In this document: positions 41,919 through 52,497 of the stretch, one piece after another | Numbering within the stretch: the stretch's first letter is position 1 | How the letters are laid out: every line of letters begins with the position of its first letter | DNA from: Candidatus Poribacteria bacterium | GTDB lineage: Bacteria; Poribacteria; WGA-4E; WGA-3G | Assembly (NCBI GenBank): GCA_963663765.2 | Contig: CAXXUA010000004.1 | Coordinates: 768,001-832,000, forward strand | Length of the DNA: 64,000 bases | Direction of reading: 5' to 3' | Notes under the pieces: model-generated | Databases searched by the model: none | Told to the model about the DNA's origin: nothing | The model's input: only the letters and a program-made list of their open reading frames with translations | Made by a program: the position numbers and the translations under genes

Positions 41919-42782
41919 ATGGAGAACCTAAACGACTTTGTACTCAGACGAAAGAAGTACATGCCTATTTTCACAAAAGCGACTGGAAAAACAACAGTTT
42001 ATATTGAAGGTTATCCTTGTTCAGATGATAAACCTATAGCAGAAACCGACTTTCATGCAGAACAAATTTTTACACTCTCTGATCAACTCAAGCGATACTT
42101 CGCAATAAACGAGTTTGTTCACATAGCTGTTGACAGTTTTATCTATTACAGTGAAGGGGACATCACATAATGTGTCGCACCTGACATCTACATCGTGTTT
42201 GGTGTTGAAAAATACCCCTTACGGCGCAGTTTCTATACGTGGGCAGAGGGGGCAGCACCTATTGCTGTATTTGAGTTTCTCTCCGATTCAACAGCACGTC
42301 AGGATCGTGATAGAAAAATTGATTTGTATCTGAATGATATTGGTGTGCAAGAATACTTTATCCATCAACCACAACTGAAAAGACCCGCAGAATTCCGGGG
42401 GTGGCAGCGGAGTTCATCGGGGAAAATCGTTGAGATGGAACCGGATGCGGAAGATGGTTTGTTCAGTGAAGCGTTAAATCTCTGGTTTCGCGGGAAGGAC
42501 GATCATACAACGCACGTAAGACTTTTGCGTCCTTATCTGCTAGATGGCACACCGATTACAACATCTATGGAAGAAGAACACCTACGGTTGCAAGAAAAGC
42601 ATCTCCGAGAGGAAGCACAACACCTCCAGAAGATTGCGGAAACGATTGCAAAAGAGGAAACTGAACGCAGTCAACAAGCAGAAACAATCGCAGCTGAAGA
42701 AACCAAACGCAGACAGGAACTGGAAAATGAGTTAGAAAAACTTTGCACCCAAATTACTCACGGACAAAAAGAGACAACTTAA
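41919..42782 (+). pseudogene. Uma2-family (PD-(D/E)XK) endonuclease-like gene with in-frame TAA
   Basis: AETDFH ... YYSEGDIT-TAA-CVAPD ... FEFLSDST ... GVQEY continues in frame; coiled-coil tail. Confidence 0.8.
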
Positions 42783-42977
42783 AGCGGGAAAGACCATTTG
42801 CACCAGTGATTGAATATCTCATGAGTACTTCTAAAAACATTTAAGTCCTGTATTGGATTTAGTCATCTGTCTTATACTGTAAGTGACGTTCGCATAAATA
42901 AGCTGTGGAGTTGTTAGAAACTTTCAATAATCGTCAGATTGTTTGACTAATAACTAAGACCTACTGAATTTTTTACG

Positions 42978-43871
42978 ATGAACAAAGAGTCCTTAAACCA
43001 CCTACTAACACAAGAAGAACGAACCCACTTTGAAAAACAGGGATACCTCTACGTCCCAAACGCATTATCCTCTGACATGGTAGAACACCTAACAAATAAA
43101 GTAGATAAAATACATAGCAATGCACTCGCAACAGGTATAGCAAAACCCAGTACTCACTGGGGTTTCTCAAACTTCTTAGACAAAGATGATGCATTCTTAG
43201 ACCTTATTGACCTACCAACAACATTCCCAAAAGTATGGGGAATCTTGGGATGGAATATCTATCTATACCATGCACACATGCATATCAAACCACCAGCACA
43301 ACCAGATGCACAAGATCGTGACGGATGGTTGGAATGGCATCAAGACAGTGGACGCGTAAACATAGAGATGGAGACACACCCACGTCCACGCTTATCCTTG
43401 AAAGTCGCATATTTCCTAACAGATGTCTCCGAACCCGGTCGTGGAAATTTCTACATCCGACCCGGTAGCCACTATTCAGATGTACCTCTCCCAGAACACG
43501 AAATCAGTCGTGACCCGCGCGAAAAAACAACGTTGGGTATTCCAAAAGACGCAATACCTGTTTGCGTAAAACCCGGGACAGCAGTCCTATTTGACAGAAG
43601 ACTCTGGCATTCTCGCAGCCCAAATACATCCACAATGACTCGCAAAGCACTGTTCTACGGTTATGGATATAGATGGATACGACCAAAAGACGATATGACT
43701 GTAGAACACCTATATGAACGCTGCGACCCAATACGTCGACAAATTCTTGGCGATGCAGTCAAAAACAACGGTCGTTATGTACCAACTGATGAAGATGTTC
43801 CTCTACGCGGATGGTTAATTGAGCATTTAGGAAAAAATGCAGTCCACTCACAGTTCCCACTCGGTACCTGA
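42978..43871 (+). CDS. Phytanoyl-CoA dioxygenase (PhyH) family protein
   Basis: WHQD, PGSH, LWHSRSPN, terminal R of the 2OG-Fe(II) site. Confidence 0.92.
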   Translation: MNKESLNHLLTQEERTHFEKQGYLYVPNALSSDMVEHLTNKVDKIHSNALATGIAKPSTHWGFSNFLDKDDAFLDLIDLPTTFPKVWGILGWNIYLYHAHMHIKPPAQPDAQDRDGWLEWHQDSGRVNIEMETHPRPRLSLKVAYFLTDVSEPGRGNFYIRPGSHYSDVPLPEHEISRDPREKTTLGIPKDAIPVCVKPGTAVLFDRRLWHSRSPNTSTMTRKALFYGYGYRWIRPKDDMTVEHLYERCDPIRRQILGDAVKNNGRYVPTDEDVPLRGWLIEHLGKNAVHSQFPLGT

Positions 43872-43877
43872 TACTTA

Positions 43878-44030
43878 TACCAATTCAAATAAATCTTGTC
43901 TCATTATGGAATTCTACTGTTTACTGGCAGGGGGTTACTCTCTTTAGTAGGAGCGACCTCCCAGTCTCGACCTGGAGGTCGCTCCTACCAGATCTACGCT
44001 GCTAATGAGAATTGTCAATTAGAAATGGTA
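43878..44030. mobile_element. MITE family G, empty 153-bp copy
   Basis: TTA-flanked TACCAATT ... AAATGGTA; internal GTAGGAGCGACCTCC ... GGAGGTCGCTCCTAC palindrome. Confidence 0.85.
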
Positions 44031-44045
44031 TTACATCTATCCAAA

Positions 44046-44533
44046 CAGGGTTATTTAGTTTTCAATATTTTTGATATTTTTTTGCTATGACGATAATATT
44101 ATGTGTTGTCATCTTGTCTGTGTCTTTAGTGGTTCTTTCGGCAATTAATTTTAGCATAAAATAAAAGTCCAATGCTGAAGAACCCAGTAGTCATCCGTTT
44201 AAGTAGGAGATCATCAATGGAAACATATAATAAATACATAGCAAGAAAAACATATAGTCCCGTAGGGACGATATGTTTATAGAAAAATGGTATCTATCCT
44301 TCTTGAGTTCCGTAGGAACGGCATAGAAGAATAAACATATCGTCCCTACGGGACTAAAGAGCTGTGGAGGGTACTTGTTTTCTATAAACATATCGTCCCT
44401 ACGGGACTAAAGAGCGATGTTCATGTTTCAATAATCTAATACTGATGTATAAGGTGTAGTGAGGAAACTGCATTTGGCTATTAACTTTCAGTAAATCTCA
44501 ATAACAGAAAACTCTTAAAACTGAATAACCCTG
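44046..44533. mobile_element. MITE family D copy with GTCCCGTAGGGAC repeats
   Basis: TIR CAGGGTTATTTAGTTTT / AAAACTGAATAACCCTG. Confidence 0.8.
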
Positions 44534-44543
44534 ACCCCATCCC

Positions 44544-45420
44544 GGTAGGCGTGCTTTGTAAGTGCGCCGATAAACACAGGATTGGCAAGGGCGCGCTTAC
44601 AAAGCACGCCTGCCTTGAGTGAGAATGGCAAGGGCGCGCTTACAAAGCATGCCTGAAGGGGAGTGCAGTTGGGGGGTGCGCTTACAAAGCACGCCTGCCT
44701 TGAGTGAGAATGACAACGGCGCGCTTACAAAGCACGCCTACCTTGAGTGAGAATGACAACGGCGAGCTTACAAAGCACGCCTGCAGGTGAGTGCAGTTGG
44801 GGGGTGCGCTTACAAAGCACACCTGCCTTGAGTGAGAATGACAACGGCGCGCTTACAAAGCACGCCTGCAGGTGAGTGCAGGTGGGTGGCGCGCTTACAA
44901 AGCACGCCTGCAGTTTTTGGGAGAACGGAGCGCGCTTACAAAGCACGCCTGCAGGTGAGTGCAGGTGGGTGGCGCGCTTACAAAGCACGCCTGCAGGTGA
45001 GTGCAGGTGGGTGGCGCGCTTACAAAGCACGCCTGCCTTGAGTGAGAATGACAACGGCGCGCTTACAAAGCACGCCTACCTTGAGTGAGAATGACAACGG
45101 CGAGCTTACAAAACACGCCTGCAGTTTTTGGGAGAACGAAGCGCGCTTACAAAGCACGCCTGCAGTTGGGGGTGCGGGTGAGTGGGGGCGCGCTTACAAA
45201 GCACGCCTGCAAGGTGTGCGGGTGAGTGGGGGGCGCGCTTACAAAGCACGCCTGCAGGTGAGTGCAGGTGGAGGGCTCGCGGACAAAGTACGCCTGCAGT
45301 TGGGTGGCGCGCTTACCAAGCACGCCTGCAGGTGTGTGGGTGAGTGGGTGGCGCGCTTACAAAGCACGCCTGCAGAGGGGTGCGGGTGAGTGGGTGGCGC
45401 GCGGACAAAGCACGCCTGCA
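44544..45420. repeat. REP-arm array: one inverted arm then about 20 direct copies of GGCGCGCTTACAAAGCACGCCTGC
   Basis: Period mostly 41-46 bp; linkers drawn from a few recurring types; repeat equals the hairpin inside MITE-A. Confidence 0.92.
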
Positions 45421-45569
45421 GTTAGTTATGGCGTGGCACAGAGACCCCGCCCTACAATAGGTGAATGAGTAGTTTGTGCAAAAACTTTACACACCCCTAT
45501 CCAAAAACCAAATTTGCCATTTTTTCTTGAATGTGGTATCCTATATCTTCAAGGAGGAATACCAAACCT

Positions 45570-46328
45570 GTGGCATCTATAAACGATATAGCAAACGAAT
45601 TCATTAGAGAAGAAATTGAAGAATTCTTGGAACGACCTGATGAAATAGACTTTTTCATAGAGATGTTTACACAAGCATCACCTGAAATGCAGGATATTTC
45701 TGCTGCACTCATTGATGGTGACCATCACACCGTAGACGAATTGACTGAAAACGCACTCGCAGAAGGCACTGAAGCGTTGGAGATAATGGATGATGGACTC
45801 ATCGCTGGTATGGGTATAGTCGGTATAAAGTTTCGCGAAAATTTCATCTTCGTACCAGAAGTACTCGCATGTGCCCGCGCAATGAAAGCAGGGATGACAC
45901 ACATTGAACCGATACTCTCCGAATCTGGAATTGAACCAATCGGCACGGTCATCATGGGGACTGTCAAAGGTGACCTCCATGATATTGGCAAGAACCTTTG
46001 CATCATGATGTTACGTGGTTCAGGATTTGTCGTACACGATCTCGGTGTGGATACCTCTGAAGACGAATTTATTGAAGCCGTTGAAGAATACGAAGCTCCT
46101 ATTTTAGGGATGTCCGCCTTATTAACCACAACTATGCCAAACATGGGCAAAACAATAGATGCATTCATTGATGAAGACCTACGCGAAGAAGTAAAGATAA
46201 TGGTCGGTGGTGCACCGGTCACACAAACTTTCGCAGACGACATGGGTGCAGATGGATACGGAAAAGATGCTCTTGAATGTGTGACTTTAGCAAGACACTT
46301 CCTTGAGGAAACTGATGAGGAATGGTAA
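45570..46328 (+). CDS. Corrinoid (B12-binding) methyltransferase protein
   Basis: GTVKGDLHDIGKN, SALLTTT, MVGGA; cap domain FVPEVL; GTG after AAGGAGG. Confidence 0.93.
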   Translation: MASINDIANEFIREEIEEFLERPDEIDFFIEMFTQASPEMQDISAALIDGDHHTVDELTENALAEGTEALEIMDDGLIAGMGIVGIKFRENFIFVPEVLACARAMKAGMTHIEPILSESGIEPIGTVIMGTVKGDLHDIGKNLCIMMLRGSGFVVHDLGVDTSEDEFIEAVEEYEAPILGMSALLTTTMPNMGKTIDAFIDEDLREEVKIMVGGAPVTQTFADDMGADGYGKDALECVTLARHFLEETDEEW

Positions 46329-46343
46329 CACACAAGAATATAT

Positions 46344-48287
46344 ATGAAAAAGATTGACAAAAACGAATACGAAAAACGACTCAATAAAATAACGAAAATC
46401 TTTGAAGAACTTGTCGTCCACGCTGATGAACAAGCAACCTACCGTTGTCCATATAAGAACCGATTTGACCACTGCACCGCTAAATTCGGTTGTAGAAACC
46501 AACGAAAAATACAAGAAGGTACTGGACTCCTTTGCGTCGGAGACGACAAGTTAGATTATCGCAATGCTTGGGAAGTTGATGAATCTGAGGGAATTGCACA
46601 ATTTGAAAAATCAAAAGGCACAATTACATGTGACGGAAAAGTCTACCAACTTACACCTGGAAAAACTGTCTTTGATTACGCAGACGATTTGGCTGTACAA
46701 GTACCTACCTCATGCTTTCGCACAGGCCAGTGTCATGAGTGTATTGTTGAGATTACACGCGGCCTGGAGAGCCTACAAACCAGAAACGAAGCCGAATCGT
46801 TCCTTCGAGGAAACTACCGACTCGCTTGTCAGTCAGTAGTTCTGGATGTAGATGCTGACATTGAATTCTCTCCGCTACGACGCACACCAAGAATTCTTAC
46901 ACATATCACCTCAGAAATTATAAACAAAAAAGGTGACCCCACTAAATCACTGAACCCACTTGTCACACATCAAGAGGAAATTGTCTATTATGACAATGAA
47001 CCAGTAGACCGATTTCGTGGAAACATATACGGACTGGCAATAGACATCGGCACAACCACTGTCGTTGTAAATTTGGTGGACTTAGAAACTGGAAAGACTG
47101 TTTCAGTCAGTTCCTTTGAAAACCCGCAACGATTCGGTGGAAGTGATATAATGCACAGAATCTCTTATGATGGAGAATTTGAAGGTGAATTGCGAAAATC
47201 GCTCATTGCAGCTTTGAACAGCCAAATTATGGAAATGTGTGAAAAACATAACTTTGTACGACAAGAGATTTATGAAATCGTTGTTGCAGGGAACACAACG
47301 ATGCGTGATATCTTCTTCAGACAGGACGTACAGTCTATCGGACAAAAGCCGTATAAGTCTCTCATTGAGCATGAAAGTCTCAACGGTACTCGTTCAACCA
47401 CCTCTCTCACTGAAAAAGCACGCCGCTTAGGTATTCGTTCAAATCCAAAAGCAATGGTCTACAGTTTGCCCCTAATAGCAAGTCATGTCGGTGCAGATGT
47501 CGCAGCAGATTTGGTTTCAATCAACATGCAAGCACAAGACGATATTGTGATGTTAGTTGATGTCGGTACTAACACGGAGGTAGTCGTTGGTAATTCAGAA
47601 CGCATGGTCGCGGCATCATGTCCTGCCGGTCCAGCCTTTGAAGGCGGTGGAATTCAATATGGAATGCCCGCATATCCCGGTGCAATCGAATCGGTCAAAT
47701 GGAACAACGGTAAAATCAGTTTTGAAACAATTGATGCAGAAAAACCACAAGGTCTGTGTGGTTCAGGACTCATTTCTCTCTTAGCAGAACTCCGCAGGCA
47801 TGAACAGATGAGTCCAAAAGGTGTATTTGCAGAAAGAAAACAACAGGTCATGCACATACTACCTGAACACGGAATTACCTTCTCTCGCGAAGATGCAAGT
47901 AATTTAGCACAAGCAAAGGCAGCAAACTACTGTGGGCAATATATAGTGCTTCGTCATTTTGGGTGTTCTCCGCAGGAAATCAGCAAACTCTATTTAGCGG
48001 GTGGATTTGCTAACTACGTCAACACCAAGGACGCAATAGAGATAGGATTTCTCGCTCCAGTTCCTAAGGAACGAATTGTAAAAATCGGAAACGCTGCTGC
48101 CTGGGGTGCGAAAACGATCCTATTATCAAAAGATAAACGCAAAGAAATTGAATCGTTGGTGAAAAACATTGAACATATTGAACTTGAAACTACACCAGAT
48201 TTTTTTGATGTGTTCGTTGAAGGGTGTCAATTCAAACCAATGCCTACGGAAATTACCAAAACACAGGAGAAAAAACAGAAAAAGTGA
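46344..48287 (+). CDS. ASKHA-domain reductive activator of corrinoid protein (RACo-like) with 2Fe-2S domain
   Basis: CFRTGQCHEC ... RLACQ ferredoxin; DIGTTT, DVGTNTE, AGPAFEG, GLCGSG, LAGGF, GNAA. Confidence 0.9.
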   Translation: MKKIDKNEYEKRLNKITKIFEELVVHADEQATYRCPYKNRFDHCTAKFGCRNQRKIQEGTGLLCVGDDKLDYRNAWEVDESEGIAQFEKSKGTITCDGKVYQLTPGKTVFDYADDLAVQVPTSCFRTGQCHECIVEITRGLESLQTRNEAESFLRGNYRLACQSVVLDVDADIEFSPLRRTPRILTHITSEIINKKGDPTKSLNPLVTHQEEIVYYDNEPVDRFRGNIYGLAIDIGTTTVVVNLVDLETGKTVSVSSFENPQRFGGSDIMHRISYDGEFEGELRKSLIAALNSQIMEMCEKHNFVRQEIYEIVVAGNTTMRDIFFRQDVQSIGQKPYKSLIEHESLNGTRSTTSLTEKARRLGIRSNPKAMVYSLPLIASHVGADVAADLVSINMQAQDDIVMLVDVGTNTEVVVGNSERMVAASCPAGPAFEGGGIQYGMPAYPGAIESVKWNNGKISFETIDAEKPQGLCGSGLISLLAELRRHEQMSPKGVFAERKQQVMHILPEHGITFSREDASNLAQAKAANYCGQYIVLRHFGCSPQEISKLYLAGGFANYVNTKDAIEIGFLAPVPKERIVKIGNAAAWGAKTILLSKDKRKEIESLVKNIEHIELETTPDFFDVFVEGCQFKPMPTEITKTQEKKQKK

Positions 48288-49282
48288 AACCCTTTCGTGA
48301 ACGTTTAAAATCTGATACACCAATTCTTTTCGATGGTGGATTTGGGTCGCAACTCTTTGCACGCAACATTGAACTTGCAAATAGTGCATTAGCAAATAAA
48401 TTACATCCTAATGATGTTGTCGGTATTCACTTAGACTATATCAAAGCAGGTGCAGATGCTATCGGAACAAATACGTTTGTTGTTTCTCCTCTCCACTTGC
48501 AAATGGCGGGACAGGATAAATCCGATGCACAAAAACTCACAAAACTTGCAGTACAACACACAAAGGATGCGATTGAAGAGAGCAATAAAGATATTTATAT
48601 TGCAGGTTCTGTCGGTCCATCACCTGGTGCAATTGAAGCTGATAGCGGGGATACCATCTTCGGTATCGCAAATGATGAAGTGCGCGAAGCACACAAACTG
48701 GTTATAAACACACTTGCAGAATCTGGTGTGGATTTTCTGTGTTTGGAAACGATGTTTTCCGCAAAGGAAGCTGCTATAGCAGTTGACATAGCGCGAGAAA
48801 CCGAACTCCCCATAGCCATTAACATGACATACAAATGTACAACAGATCGAAAAACTGGTGAAGTCATATATAAAACTGACTGGGGACATTCCGCTTCAGA
48901 CTTACTCCAAATCCTTGCCAGTGGGGAATTCTCAAAGGGAGACTCACTGATAAATAGCATTGACATCATAGGACTAAACTGTGGTGCAGAAACAAAACAG
49001 TCAGAACATTCTGGGATGCCTTATGCAATCAATGGCACTCAGCAACTGCACGATACTTTCACAACATTAGGTATAAACGGAATACAAATGATGGCGTATC
49101 CAAATGCCGGTATGCCTGAATTGGATAAAAATTACGAAACTGTCTATACACAGTCTGCTGACGAAATGAAAACATACATACCAGAACTCATCGCTGCTGG
49201 AGCATATATCATTGGTGGCTGTTGCGGTACAACTCCTGAACACATCAAAGCCTTCCGCCAAGTTATTGATGCTAACACATAG
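48284..49282 (+). CDS. Homocysteine S-methyltransferase family protein (MetH N-terminal-like)
   Basis: DGGFGS, TNTF, GLNC, PNAG, GGCCGTTPEHI; GTGA overlap with upstream stop. Confidence 0.9.
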   Translation: MKPFRERLKSDTPILFDGGFGSQLFARNIELANSALANKLHPNDVVGIHLDYIKAGADAIGTNTFVVSPLHLQMAGQDKSDAQKLTKLAVQHTKDAIEESNKDIYIAGSVGPSPGAIEADSGDTIFGIANDEVREAHKLVINTLAESGVDFLCLETMFSAKEAAIAVDIARETELPIAINMTYKCTTDRKTGEVIYKTDWGHSASDLLQILASGEFSKGDSLINSIDIIGLNCGAETKQSEHSGMPYAINGTQQLHDTFTTLGINGIQMMAYPNAGMPELDKNYETVYTQSADEMKTYIPELIAAGAYIIGGCCGTTPEHIKAFRQVIDANT

Positions 49283-49311
49283 ATGTCAACCAACTATACA
49301 CAGAAATACAC

Positions 49312-49932
49312 ATGCGTACACGTGTAAAAATATGTGGAATAACAAACCTATCAGACGCAGAAACTGCAATCACAGCAGGTGCAGACGCACTCGGTTTCAT
49401 CTTTGTACCAGAAACACCACGGTATATTAAACCAGTTGATGCATCAAAAATAATCAGGAAGTTACCACCATTTATTACAACCGTAGGCGTTTTTCGCAAT
49501 GAAGAACTAACAGAAGTTGACATAATTGCAGCAGAATGTGGAATCACATCAATACAATTACATGGCAAAGAAACTCCTGAATATTGCCACCATCTGTTAA
49601 TTCCCGTCATCAAAGTTATTGAATTACAAAACGAAAATGATTTACATACCATAACAAAGTACACAGTAAGTGCTTGTCTCGTAGATAAACCAAAGTCTAT
49701 CCCAACGGGGACAATCAATTTGGAACTTGCTAAGAAGGCGTGTGGGTATACAAACAGACTGATCCTTGCAGGTGGTTTAACACCAAATAATGTCGCAGTC
49801 GGAATACGTCGTGTCAAACCTTATGCAGTTGACGTAGCAAGTGGTGTTGAAGCAGCAAAACGTAGAAAAGACCCGAACAAAATAGTTGCATTTATGCAAG
49901 CTGTAAGAGAAATTGATAGACAATTATATTAA
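49312..49932 (+). CDS. trpF: Phosphoribosylanthranilate isomerase
   Basis: VKICGIT, QLHG, LAGGL, VDVASGVE. Confidence 0.95.
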   Translation: MRTRVKICGITNLSDAETAITAGADALGFIFVPETPRYIKPVDASKIIRKLPPFITTVGVFRNEELTEVDIIAAECGITSIQLHGKETPEYCHHLLIPVIKVIELQNENDLHTITKYTVSACLVDKPKSIPTGTINLELAKKACGYTNRLILAGGLTPNNVAVGIRRVKPYAVDVASGVEAAKRRKDPNKIVAFMQAVREIDRQLY

Positions 49933-49948
49933 ATAAGTCAACTGAGTC

Positions 49949-50449
49949 ATGAAAACAATTACGTTAACATATAAAAGGCTGCCAGATCGGATCAATTATT
50001 ATGAACAGCAACTGTTATATGCTGATGATGACGTAATTGTTACAACTCAAAAAATAAAACCTTCAAGTCAAATCGTCATAAATGAAAAAACTGTGTTAGG
50101 TGATAATTTCACTGCAATCTGGTTCGTTTTTTCTGCTCTATGGTACGACATCGGTAAAATTTACAATCTAAATAATGAATGGACAGGTTATTATTGTGAT
50201 ATTATACAACCAGTGAACCGTTCTTCTAATAATTTTGAAATTGTAGACCTATTTCTTGATTTATGGGTATCACCTGATGGCAGTTATGAAGTCCAAGACG
50301 AGGATGAATTTGAAACTGCACTTAGGGAAGGCACTATCACCAAAGAACTGGCAAGTAAAGCTCGACATGCATTAGACGACTTAATAGATAACGTTACATC
50401 AGGTAATTTTCCACCAGATTTTGTAAGAAACTATGCATTGAAAGAATAA
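49949..50449 (+). CDS. DUF402 domain protein
   Basis: GYYCDI, DLFLDLWV, DEDEF. Confidence 0.85.
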   Translation: MKTITLTYKRLPDRINYYEQQLLYADDDVIVTTQKIKPSSQIVINEKTVLGDNFTAIWFVFSALWYDIGKIYNLNNEWTGYYCDIIQPVNRSSNNFEIVDLFLDLWVSPDGSYEVQDEDEFETALREGTITKELASKARHALDDLIDNVTSGNFPPDFVRNYALKE

Positions 50450-50463
50450 ACTGGAGTCATAAG

Positions 50464-51672
50464 ATGTCAATATTAGCAATAAATGGCGGTGAACCGACCC
50501 GAACGAATCCCTATCCTACATGGCCTTCGCTTGATAACATTGACATTAAGGCTTTTGAAAGCATCTACAACAGCAGACGTTGGGGGGTCGGGGGAACGAA
50601 AGTTACTGAATTTGCACAGCAATTTGCGGATTTTCAAGGGGCAAACTATGGTGTGTGTGTCAATAGTGGAACAACAGCACTCTACGTCGCATTGAAAACT
50701 GCAGGAGTAGGGCCTGATGATGAGGTAATCACCACCCCATACACCTTCCAAGCGACCATAGTAGCAATTCTAATGACACACGCAATACCTGTCTTTGTGG
50801 ACACTGCACCAGATAATTTTTTGCTGGATCCTTCCAAAATTGAGGATGTAATCACCGATAAAACCAAGGTAATCCTACCAGTTCATATCGCAGGTTATCC
50901 TGCAGATTTAGATGCACTCGTTGAGATTTCCGAAAGGCATAATATCAAACTCATTGAAGATTGCGCGCAGGCACACGGTGCAGAGTGGCGAGGTAAAGGT
51001 GTCGGAAGTTGGGGACATATCGGGTGTTTCAGTTTCCAAACATCAAAAAATCTCTGTGCTGGAGAAGGTGGAATCGTTCTCATAAACGACAGAGAACTAT
51101 ATGAACGCGCATGGGCATTACACAACTGCGGACGTACACCTCCTGACGCGGAATTTGGAAATATAGAACCATTCGGTGGAAACTTCAGAATGACTGAGTG
51201 GCAAGCAGCCATATTGCTCTCACGTTTGACACGGCTTGAAGAAGAAACGAACTACAGACACATGAATATGCGTTGGTTAGACGGTTGGTTTGGTGAAATC
51301 CCCGGCATAAAAGTCACACGCCTGGACCCACGCGCTACACGCTGCGGTTCTCACGGATACAAAGCAATCTTTGATTCTGAAGAATTTGAGGGAATCTCCC
51401 GTAAGACATTCCTTGACGCAATACGTGCTGAAGGCATCCCTATGGGGTATTGGTATACAACACCGATGTACCGTGCTTCATTTCTAAAATCCAACCTTTT
51501 TGGTCAAAACCTTGACTATTCCAATGTTCACTGTGCCGAAACTGAAAAAATATGCCAAACTGGACTCGCCTTAAGTCAAAACGTCTTGCTCGGAACAGAA
51601 GAGGATATGGAAGACATCATTAAAGCCACCGTTAAGATCCGCAGAAACGTTGGTGAATTAAAGAATGAATAG
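50464..51672 (+). CDS. DegT/DnrJ/EryC1/StrS family aminotransferase
   Basis: NSGT, EDCAQAHG, FSFQTSKN, GEGG, NFRMTEWQAA. Confidence 0.92.
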   Translation: MSILAINGGEPTRTNPYPTWPSLDNIDIKAFESIYNSRRWGVGGTKVTEFAQQFADFQGANYGVCVNSGTTALYVALKTAGVGPDDEVITTPYTFQATIVAILMTHAIPVFVDTAPDNFLLDPSKIEDVITDKTKVILPVHIAGYPADLDALVEISERHNIKLIEDCAQAHGAEWRGKGVGSWGHIGCFSFQTSKNLCAGEGGIVLINDRELYERAWALHNCGRTPPDAEFGNIEPFGGNFRMTEWQAAILLSRLTRLEEETNYRHMNMRWLDGWFGEIPGIKVTRLDPRATRCGSHGYKAIFDSEEFEGISRKTFLDAIRAEGIPMGYWYTTPMYRASFLKSNLFGQNLDYSNVHCAETEKICQTGLALSQNVLLGTEEDMEDIIKATVKIRRNVGELKNE

Positions 51673-51772
51673 TAATTCCCATATTAAACGAAGAAAACTT
51701 TATTATTTTTACTATCCTTTTCATGTTTAAAAGACTCTATAATATCAAATGCCATAATTAAGGAGATTTGAA

Positions 51773-52327
51773 ATGAGTAACGAACGTGAGACCCAAAAGG
51801 AAATTCGCAGAATCGTTAGAATGTTAGAAGCAACGACAAAACATCTTGATAAAGCTTCTATATTAGACAATTTATCCAGTGGAGAAGCAAGGTGCATTCA
51901 ACAATTCAACAATGCATTAGGTCGCTTATACGATTTAGAAGTACTACCAGAAGGATTGTTTGAACCCTTAAACGAGGATGCGTCTGTCGGGGATATAAAC
52001 CAGGCATATCATCAAGTCGCAAACTATCTCAAAGAAGGCATGGGTTTCGATTTTGACTTTGACTTCAAGAAAGAGAAGGAAACCATCGGCAATGTGATGA
52101 AAGATGTCGGCGACGTGGTAGCACGCTCCATCTTCAGCATGAGTGAATCTACGTCAGAGGACGATGTTTCCGCTGATCCTACAATTGAAACGATTGAAAT
52201 TGTTGAGGATGACCAACAGAATCCTATTGAACCACGTCTTGAAAAACTGGAAGAACAGATGGAAACTGTCGTCCAACTTTTACAGAAACTTCAATCAAAA
52301 AAGGTTAAGAAAGATGGTAAGAAATAG
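51773..52327 (+). CDS. Hypothetical protein
   Basis: AAGGAG RBS, 184-aa ORF with C-terminal coiled coil. Confidence 0.7.
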   Translation: MSNERETQKEIRRIVRMLEATTKHLDKASILDNLSSGEARCIQQFNNALGRLYDLEVLPEGLFEPLNEDASVGDINQAYHQVANYLKEGMGFDFDFDFKKEKETIGNVMKDVGDVVARSIFSMSESTSEDDVSADPTIETIEIVEDDQQNPIEPRLEKLEEQMETVVQLLQKLQSKKVKKDGKK

Positions 52328-52497
52328 CATACACACTACCCGCGTATGATGAAGTATTGTCAAGTATTCCGCTGTAACAGGTGTAAGCGCGCTGAAAAAC
52401 ACCTATAAATTGAAGTTGTTACATCTCTCAATAGGGCGGAATTCATCTAAATACTTCATCGCAGCGCGTGTAAGAACTTTATCCTTTGTTTTTCATG

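Noticed and set aside
42168-42170. Recoded stop (Sec/Pyl) in the Uma2 gene
   Set aside because: Codon is TAA and is not at a Cys-like position
44590-45420. CRISPR array
   Set aside because: Linkers are short (about 8-22 nt) and reused, the repeat equals a dispersed REP arm, and no cas genes are in the window
44725-45468. Short repetitive ORFs (ARLQSTPA, AGVLCKRA)
   Set aside because: By-products of the repeat array, open in several frames on both strands, no RBS
45725-46384. 219-aa antisense ORF
   Set aside because: Shadow of the well-supported corrinoid protein gene
49272-49817. 181-aa antisense ORF
   Set aside because: Shadow of trpF
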